NCBI GenBank assembly: GCA_963697835.1
Contig: CAVOPG010000002.1
Coordinates: 2,243,256 to 2,307,255 of the forward strand
Length of the DNA stretch: 64,000 nt
Origin: an uncultured Acidobacteriota bacterium
GTDB taxonomy: Bacteria; Acidobacteriota; Vicinamibacteria; Fen-336
Reading direction: 5' to 3'
A program made the position numbers and the translations under genes. Below the pieces are notes generated by a model that saw only the letters and a list, made by a program, of their open reading frames with translations, was not told the DNA's origin and ran no database searches. This document shows, in pieces, positions 57,693-64,000 of the stretch. Every line of letters starts with the position of its first letter. Positions within the stretch are counted from its first letter, which is position 1.

Positions 57693-57722
57693 TTGCCGGT
57701 GGGCGTCCGCCGGTGCTAGCAT
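57693..57722 (+). promoter_or_regulatory. Weak sigma-70-like promoter candidate for the kinase gene
   Basis: TTGCCG (57693-57698), an 18-nt spacer, then TAGCAT (57717-57722), about 90 nt upstream of TTG 57811. This is a pattern match only. Confidence 0.2.
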
Positions 57723-57810
57723 CCGCTCGTCCCAAACCCATCCAGCGACGGTCGTTCGGCATCACCACACGTGCGGTCCCCTCCTCCGGCGACCGCCTCT
57801 CGAGGTTCGA

Positions 57811-60800
57811 TTGATCGGCAGCAAGCTGGCCGGCCGGTACGAGCTGACGGGGGAGGTCGGCCGTGGGGGGATGGGGGTCGTCTATCGGGCCCACGACCCG
57901 CTGCTGAACCGGGAGGTCGCGGTCAAGCTCATCCCGCCCGCCCAGCTCAGCGCGGAGGCCGAGCAGCGCTTCCAGCGCGAGGCCCAGGTGGTGGCCCAGA
58001 TGGACCATCCCTCGATCGTGGCGATCCACGATCTGGGCCGTCACGAGGGGTCTCTCTTCTTCGTGATGCCGCTCGTGCCGGGGATGAACCTGCACCAGTT
58101 CCGGCACCGGCGCTCGGCCCTGGGCGACGTGGTGGACATCGCCATCCAGATCGCGGAGGCGCTCGAGTACAGCCACGCTCGGGGAGTGGTGCACCGGGAC
58201 ATCAAGCCCGACAACGTGATGGTGGCGGAGGAAGCGGGTGGGCTCCGGGTCCGCGTGATGGACTTCGGGCTGGCGCGGGCCTCGAGCGAGACGCGCCTCA
58301 CGAAAACCGGGGCGCTCCTGGGGACGCTCGCGTACCTGAGCCCGGAGCAGGTGGCGGCACGTGACCTCGACGGGCGGTCGGACATCTACTCGCTGGGGGT
58401 GGTGCTCTACGAGTGCGTGACGGGCGCCCCGCCTTTCCAGGGAGATGCGCAGTCGGTGCTGTACCGGATCGTGCACGAGCTGCCGCGGTCGCCGCGCTCC
58501 CTGGGGGCGGAGATCGACGAGGATCTGGAGGCGATGATCCTGTCTTGCCTGGAAAAGGAGCCGGGCAAGCGGCCGCAGCGGGCGGGGGAGGTCGCGGAAG
58601 GGCTGAAGCGGTACCGCTCCCGGCTGCGCGACAGCGACCGGGAACGGCCGCTCACGGGGCTCACGCTCACGACTCCCCGGCCGGTCCTGGCGCCGTTCGT
58701 GGGGCGCGCGAAGGAGTTCGCGGAGCTGCAGCGCCGGATGAACGCCGCGCTCGACGGCGAGGGCCAGTTCGTCGTGGTGTCGGGCGAGCCCGGCATCGGG
58801 AAGACACGGCTCCTGGACGAGCTGGAGAAGCTCGCCTCGGCGCGGCAGATCCGGGTCCTGCACGGGCGGTCGCTCGAGCGCGACCGCGCCTTCGCGTACC
58901 AGGGCATCTGCGAGATCATCCAGGAGCACTTCCGTCAGAAGGACACGGCGAGCTCGCCCGCCCTCGATTTCTCGGACCTCGCGGGAGACCTCCTGACGCT
59001 CTTCCCGATGCTGGCCGAGGTCGGCGAGATCCGAAGGGCCTCCTCCGGCGACGCGCCTCGCGGCGCCGAAGCCGCGCCCGCCCTGGACAACAAGACCCAG
59101 ATCTTCGAGCTCCTCGCCCGCACCCTCGCCCGGATCGCCGCCTCGAAACCCCTCGTCCTGATCCTCGAAGACCTGCACGGGGCGGAGGCGACGATCGAGG
59201 CCCTCTCGTACGTCGTGACCCGCCTCAGCCCCACCCCGACCCTCATCCTCGGCACCTACCGCTCGACCGAGGTGGACGAGCGCCATCCGCTCACTCGTGT
59301 CCTCGACGGCTTCCGCGGCGACCGCCGCTTCTCCCACGTCACCCTCGGACCCTTCTCGCCCTCCGAGCACCGCTCGCTTATCGAGACGCTCGTGGGCGGC
59401 TCCGAGCTCGCCGACGGTCTCGTCGACCGCCTCTTCGAAGCCACGAAGGGCAACGCCTTCTTCGCCAAGGAGCTGGTGCGCTCGCTGCTGGACGCCGGGA
59501 GCATCTCCCGGGAGGCGAGCGGACGCTTTCGCCTCTCCGGCGAAACGGAGATCGGCGCCGAGGCCCTCCCCGCCACGATCCAGGAGGCGGTCGAGAAGCG
59601 GATCCGTCGCCTTCCGGAGGAGCTGCGCGAGGTCCTGCAGACCGCGGCCGTGATCGGCAAGACCTTCGACTCGCGCGACCTCGCGGCGCTGGCGAAAGGC
59701 ACGGACGTGGACGACGCGATCGACCGGCTCGTGCAGCAGGGATTGATCGAGGAGGAGCGCGAGTCGCGCGGGGAGCAGCTCAGCTTCTCGAGCGGCGTCG
59801 TCCGAGACGTGCTCTACGCGGGTCTCTCGCCCCGGAAGCGGCGGTCGCTCCACCGCAAGTGCGGGGAGGCCCTGGAGGCGCGCCACGGCAGCCGAAGCGA
59901 CCGCGTGCTGCCCCAGCTCGTCCAGCACTTCTACCAGGGCGACGTTCCCGAGAAGGCGGTCGAGTACGGCCTGCGCCTCGCCCGCGCGCTCCTCGACACC
60001 TTCAGTGTGGAGGAGGCGGCACGGGCGGCGAAGACGGTGCTCGACTGCCTGGACGAGGAGTGGCACGGCGAGCGGGCGGTCGAGGGCGAGGCCCGGATGC
60101 TCCTGGCGCGGGCGGAGCGGATCTCGGGGCACACCGAGACGGCGCTCGAGGCGGCGGCGGCCGCGGCGCGGATCTTCGAGGAGCAGGCCCAGCCCGCCCG
60201 GGCCGCGGCCGCGCTCCTTCTCGCGGCGGAGTCGGCGTGGCAGGCGCGGCGGAGCGAGGAGGCGGGCCGGTGGGTGGAGAGGGGCCTCGCCGTGGCGCGG
60301 GAGGCGGGCGAGCTCGAGAGCCTGAGGCCGCTCCTGTCCCTCGCCGCCACCCTCGCCAACCTCCGCGGCGAGTACGCGAAGGCCAACGAGTACGTGAAGG
60401 AGTCGGCCCGGCTCGCGCCCTCGCCCGGGGAGGCCGCAGGGGAGGAGACGATCCCCGCGGGCGGCCGGCTCGTGGTCGGCCTGGCGAGCCCCGTCCGCTC
60501 CATCGAGCCCGCCGCCATCGGCATCGACGAGGAGATCGAGATCGCCGCCAACGTCTACGAGACCCTCCTCGCCACCGACTCGCAGGGCAACCTCGTGCCC
60601 GGGCTGTGCGAGAAGTGGGAGGCCTTCGAGGGCGGCCGCGCCTTCCTCCTGACGCTGCGCCGGGGCGTCTCCTTCTCCGACGGAACCCCCTTCACCGCCG
60701 ACGCCGTCAAGGTCTCGATCGAGGCGTGCGTCTCGGGGGCGGAAGGCGACCTCGCCCCCGCCTACGCCGCCATCCGGGGCAGCGCCCAGTATCGTGCCTG

Positions 60801-63429
60801 GACGGCGCCGGCCATTGACGGCGTCGTGGTGAGAAGCGACGACACGCTGGAGATTCGGCTGAACGAGCCCCTTCCCATCTACCCCGCCCTGCTGACCCAC
60901 CAGCGCACGGCGGTGGCGCGAGCTCCCGGACAGGGGGCCACGGGTCCGGCGGTGGGCACCGGCCCCTTCCGGGTCGCTTCACGCGACGCCACTCGGATCG
61001 TCCTGGAGCGCAATCCGGCGTACTGGCGGAGCGGTTGGCCACGGCTGGACGCCGTCGAGTTCCGGCCCGGGCTCGCCGCCACCGCGATCGCACGGGGCTT
61101 CCGCGCCGGTGAGATCGACGTCGCTCGCGACCTGCTTCCCCAGGATCTGGACGGCATCGTGCGTGACGGCCGCTTCCGGCAGGGGCTCGTCGAGACGGCC
61201 AAGAAGAACACCTACTTCGTGCTGTTCAACTGCCGGGGCGGGCCGAACACCGGACACCAGGCCGTGCGCCGCGCTCTCCGGGGAGTGGTGCGGACGAGCG
61301 ACCTCGTCTGGCGCACGCTCGGACGCTTCGCCGCGCCCGCCGTGTGTCTCGTCCCGCCGGGCCTGCTCGGCCACGACCCCGGGCGTCGGAGTCAGCTGCT
61401 GACCCTGGAGGACGCGCGGCGAGCGCTGGTGTCGGACGCGCCGGGGATGCGGCTCAGGGCCTCCGTACACCCCGTGCTCCAGGACCGGTGCGGCGCGCTC
61501 GTCGCCGCCCTTCGCGCGAGCTGGGCGGAGCTGGGCGTCGAGGTCTCGATCGAGACCGGGGACATGGCCGCCTTCCTGGACTCGTTCGAGAGGAGCGAGG
61601 GTCTCGACCTCCTGATCGGGCGCTGGAACCCCGACTACGACGATCCCGACAACTTCACCCACACGCTCTTCCACTCGAAGGCGGGCCACTACCGGAGCTG
61701 GTTCTCCTCGGAGGCGGCGGACCATCTGCTCGAGGAGGCCCGCTCCGAGAGCCGGCCCGCCGTCCGGGAGGCCCTCTACCGGAAGTTCGAGAGCCTCCTC
61801 GTCGAGGCGGACGCGCTCATCCCGCTCTTCCACGACGTCGACTATCGCCTGGCGAGCCCGAAGGTGCGGGGGCTCACCCTGCGGGGCACGGCGCCCTACG
61901 TCAACTACTCGGAGCTGGGTCGCGTCGAAGCCGGCGCGCCCGACATCGAGCCCCGGCGCGGGGCCGGAGGGATCCTCCACGTGCCCCTCGCCGGGGACGT
62001 GAGCACCCTCGACCCGGCGCTGGGCTACGGGCTCGACTACCTGGATGCCCTCCCCTGCATCTACGAGACGCTGACCCGCGGCGCCGAAGGGGCGAGGATC
62101 GTCCCGTGGCTCGCCACCGAGTGCCGAGCCGAGGAAGGCGGGCAGACCTACCGCCTCCGCCTGCGCGACGACGTCCGCTTCCACGACGGCCGGAGGCTCG
62201 GCCCGCGCGACGTGCGCCACTCGTTCGAGCGGCTGCTGCAATCCCGCGGCGAGCCCCGCTGGCTCCTCTCGTCGATCCGCGGCGCTCGCGCCGTCCTGAG
62301 CGGCGAGAGAAAGGACCTCGAGGGCTTCCGGATCCACTCGGCGAGCGAGTTCACGATCGACCTGGAAGAGCCGGTCGCCTTCTTCCCGGCCGTTCTGGCC
62401 TTCGAAGGGGCGTCGATCGTCCCCGAGGGAAGCGATCCGTCCACGCGGGCACAGGAATGCGTGGGCACGGGACCGTTTCGCGTCGTGGCCTTCGAGCCCG
62501 GGCGGCGGCTCGAGCTCGAGCGCAACCGGTCCTACTGGCGGGAGGGGTATCCGCGCAGCGAAGGCCTCGTCTTCAGCTTCGGAGTGCCGCCCGCGGACAT
62601 CCTCTCCGGCTTCCGGGCCGGTCGTTTCTCGCTCGCGGGCGACCTCTTCCCGGCCGACGCCGATGCCCTTCGGCGCGAGCCCGGCTTCGCCTCCCGGTAC
62701 CGCGAGAACCCTCGCCTCAGCACCTATTTCGTCGCGTTCAACTCCCGGCGCGGCCCGCTCGCCGACCGGACGCTGCGCCAGCGCCTCCTCCTCGCCGTGG
62801 ACGCTCCCGCGCTCGTGCGGCAGAACCTCGGGCGGATGGCCATCCCCGCGGCCAGCCTGATCCCGCCCGGCCTCCTCGTCCACGACCCGACGCACGCCGC
62901 CCGGGTCGAGCCGACCCGCCCGGCGGCGCCCACGGAGCAGCCGGCGGCGGTCGAGGTGACCGCGGCCGTCCATCCGGTCTTCTCCGCCGGCTACTCCGCC
63001 TTCTCGCGCGGGCTCGTGAGCGCGATCGCCGGCGCGGGGGTGACGGTCCGGTCGGCCACGAGCACCTACGACGAGTACCTGGAGGCGGTGACGCAGGGCA
63101 GCGTCGACCTGCTGGTGGGCCGATGGACCGGCGACTATCCGGACGCCGACACCTTCGCCTACGTGCTGCACTCGCAGGGGGGCTTTCTCGGCCGCTTCTG
63201 CGCCTCGGCCGAGCTCGATCGCCTCGTCGGGCTGGGACGAACGGAGACGACGCCCGCGACCCGACACGCGATCTACCGCGAGATCGAGGAGACGGTCGCC
63301 CGCGAGGCGCTGCTCATTCCCCTCTTCCACGAGCAGGCGTACCGCTTCGCCCGGCCGGAGGTCGAAGGCCTCTCCATCTCCGCCACCCTCGGGCAGGTGG
63401 CGTACGAGGACCTCCACATCCGCGGGTAG
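57811..63429 (+). CDS. Multidomain signalling protein: Ser/Thr protein kinase, AAA_16/STAND ATPase, TPR-like helical region and two tandem family-5 solute-binding-protein (SBP_bac_5, Dpp/Opp-like) modules
   Basis: Uninterrupted ORF 57625..63429. TTG 57811 follows GAGG and gives MIGSKLAGRYEL.... Kinase motifs are GRGGMGVVY, AVK, HRDIKPDN, DFGLA and LAYLSPE. Walker A is SGEPGIGKT and Walker B is LVLILEDLH. SBP5 module 1 is ORF aa about 945-1432 (LVPGLCEKWEAFEGGRAFLLTLRRGVSFSDGTPFTADAV..., GTGPFRV, NPAYW). Module 2 is aa about 1448-1934 (IVPWLATECRAEEGGQTYRLRLRDDVRFHDGRRLGPRDV..., GTGPFRV, NRSYW). I see no signal peptide or 20-residue hydrophobic segment. Confidence 0.9.
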   Translation: MIGSKLAGRYELTGEVGRGGMGVVYRAHDPLLNREVAVKLIPPAQLSAEAEQRFQREAQVVAQMDHPSIVAIHDLGRHEGSLFFVMPLVPGMNLHQFRHRRSALGDVVDIAIQIAEALEYSHARGVVHRDIKPDNVMVAEEAGGLRVRVMDFGLARASSETRLTKTGALLGTLAYLSPEQVAARDLDGRSDIYSLGVVLYECVTGAPPFQGDAQSVLYRIVHELPRSPRSLGAEIDEDLEAMILSCLEKEPGKRPQRAGEVAEGLKRYRSRLRDSDRERPLTGLTLTTPRPVLAPFVGRAKEFAELQRRMNAALDGEGQFVVVSGEPGIGKTRLLDELEKLASARQIRVLHGRSLERDRAFAYQGICEIIQEHFRQKDTASSPALDFSDLAGDLLTLFPMLAEVGEIRRASSGDAPRGAEAAPALDNKTQIFELLARTLARIAASKPLVLILEDLHGAEATIEALSYVVTRLSPTPTLILGTYRSTEVDERHPLTRVLDGFRGDRRFSHVTLGPFSPSEHRSLIETLVGGSELADGLVDRLFEATKGNAFFAKELVRSLLDAGSISREASGRFRLSGETEIGAEALPATIQEAVEKRIRRLPEELREVLQTAAVIGKTFDSRDLAALAKGTDVDDAIDRLVQQGLIEEERESRGEQLSFSSGVVRDVLYAGLSPRKRRSLHRKCGEALEARHGSRSDRVLPQLVQHFYQGDVPEKAVEYGLRLARALLDTFSVEEAARAAKTVLDCLDEEWHGERAVEGEARMLLARAERISGHTETALEAAAAAARIFEEQAQPARAAAALLLAAESAWQARRSEEAGRWVERGLAVAREAGELESLRPLLSLAATLANLRGEYAKANEYVKESARLAPSPGEAAGEETIPAGGRLVVGLASPVRSIEPAAIGIDEEIEIAANVYETLLATDSQGNLVPGLCEKWEAFEGGRAFLLTLRRGVSFSDGTPFTADAVKVSIEACVSGAEGDLAPAYAAIRGSAQYRAWTAPAIDGVVVRSDDTLEIRLNEPLPIYPALLTHQRTAVARAPGQGATGPAVGTGPFRVASRDATRIVLERNPAYWRSGWPRLDAVEFRPGLAATAIARGFRAGEIDVARDLLPQDLDGIVRDGRFRQGLVETAKKNTYFVLFNCRGGPNTGHQAVRRALRGVVRTSDLVWRTLGRFAAPAVCLVPPGLLGHDPGRRSQLLTLEDARRALVSDAPGMRLRASVHPVLQDRCGALVAALRASWAELGVEVSIETGDMAAFLDSFERSEGLDLLIGRWNPDYDDPDNFTHTLFHSKAGHYRSWFSSEAADHLLEEARSESRPAVREALYRKFESLLVEADALIPLFHDVDYRLASPKVRGLTLRGTAPYVNYSELGRVEAGAPDIEPRRGAGGILHVPLAGDVSTLDPALGYGLDYLDALPCIYETLTRGAEGARIVPWLATECRAEEGGQTYRLRLRDDVRFHDGRRLGPRDVRHSFERLLQSRGEPRWLLSSIRGARAVLSGERKDLEGFRIHSASEFTIDLEEPVAFFPAVLAFEGASIVPEGSDPSTRAQECVGTGPFRVVAFEPGRRLELERNRSYWREGYPRSEGLVFSFGVPPADILSGFRAGRFSLAGDLFPADADALRREPGFASRYRENPRLSTYFVAFNSRRGPLADRTLRQRLLLAVDAPALVRQNLGRMAIPAASLIPPGLLVHDPTHAARVEPTRPAAPTEQPAAVEVTAAVHPVFSAGYSAFSRGLVSAIAGAGVTVRSATSTYDEYLEAVTQGSVDLLVGRWTGDYPDADTFAYVLHSQGGFLGRFCASAELDRLVGLGRTETTPATRHAIYREIEETVAREALLIPLFHEQAYRFARPEVEGLSISATLGQVAYEDLHIRG

Positions 63430-63443
63430 CGCCGGCGCACCTT

Positions 63444-64000
63444 CTAGGCCAGGGACGTCGAGCGGACGAAGCGCGCCAGCACCAGCCCCGCCAGGAACCA
63501 GCCGACGGTGTGGTCCACGAGCTGCGCCAGGAAGTAGCTCGTGGGGAAACCGTACCAGTTCCAGTACGAGGCGTCGACGTCCAGCGTGACCAGCAGGCCC
63601 AGGGCCGCCGTGACGAGCACGCGCTGGCCGTAGCCCACGGAAGCGGGAACGTGAAGGAGGACAAACCCCGCCACCAGCGCGGCCAGCACGTTCGTCAGCA
63701 GCTCGGTCGCAAAGAGGGTCGCGAACAGCGACCCTGCCCAGGCTCGTTTCCCGGGCTGGGGGTCGAAGGCCACGACGCCGCCCGGCCCCGCCTGCCACCT
63801 GGCGGTCCAGGCGGCCTGCTCCGATTCGCTCATGGGCCGGCTCGGGTCCAGCCCGGGAAAGACGTAGACGGCCCGTTCGTTCATCGCGCTGCGCATGGCG
63901 GCCAGGACAGCGGCCTCCTGCTCGGGAGGCATGGCACGAAGGCCGACCCTGCCCAGCGGCAGCAGCTCGTGGGAGACCGCCCCCCACACGAAAAGGCCGA
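63444..64000 (-). CDS. Hypothetical membrane protein, probably 5'-truncated by the window edge
   Basis: ORF 63444..63989 stays open upstream to the window end (..GLFVWGAVSHELLPLG..). The C-terminal half is hydrophobic (LFATLFATELLTNVLAALVAGFVLLHV, VLVTAALGLLVTL, VGWFLAGLVLARF). Confidence 0.4.
   Translation of the reverse strand, partial: GLFVWGAVSHELLPLGRVGLRAMPPEQEAAVLAAMRSAMNERAVYVFPGLDPSRPMSESEQAAWTARWQAGPGGVVAFDPQPGKRAWAGSLFATLFATELLTNVLAALVAGFVLLHVPASVGYGQRVLVTAALGLLVTLDVDASYWNWYGFPTSYFLAQLVDHTVGWFLAGLVLARFVRSTSLA

Noticed and set aside
60979-63987. 1002-aa minus-strand ORF antisense to the kinase gene.
   Set aside because: The composition argument is the same. The plus-strand frame carries two complete SBP_bac_5-like modules with conserved motifs.

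Overview
This is a very GC-rich, gene-dense chromosomal segment; third codon positions are almost always G/C. I count about 50 protein-coding genes. I see no rRNA, tRNA, CRISPR array, transposase, integrase or phage gene. The gene content is typical of soil Acidobacteriota/Gemmatimonadota-like bacteria, but that placement is inference only. That content includes a TAT-exported Gfo/Idh/MocA oxidoreductase, DUF1080 proteins, S46/tricorn/M13 peptidases, a giant FG-GAP/Calx-beta protein and an ECF sigma/FecR/TonB-receptor set.

Main themes:
1. A 2092-aa secreted adhesin-like protein (3683-9961).
2. Peptide scavenging: M13, tricorn and S46 peptidases, plus an OPT transporter flanked by two inverted M20 dipeptidase paralogs.
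3. A tyrosine-catabolism cluster (hmgA, unknown ORF, fahA, mazEF, hppD).
4. Four type II toxin-antitoxin loci. Three have visibly degraded PIN toxins beside intact antitoxins.
5. Glycan-related genes: GH31, sialidase-like, two DUF1080 proteins and two aldo/keto reductases.
6. A TonB receptor, ECF sigma and FecR module.

The most unusual single gene (57811-63429) encodes about 1870 aa with no visible signal peptide or TM segment. It combines a Ser/Thr kinase, an AAA_16/STAND ATPase, TPR-like helices and two tandem family-5 solute-binding-protein modules.

The second striking signal is about 27 frame changes that I reconstructed by eye. They cluster in two stretches (10.1-16.6 kb and 43.3-47.4 kb), and about 23 behave as single-base insertions. 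The 6.3-kb and 5.6-kb ORFs elsewhere are uninterrupted. This means either insertion-biased consensus errors or very recent gene decay, and I cannot separate the two from sequence alone.

All family assignments rest on motif recognition by eye, without database searches.
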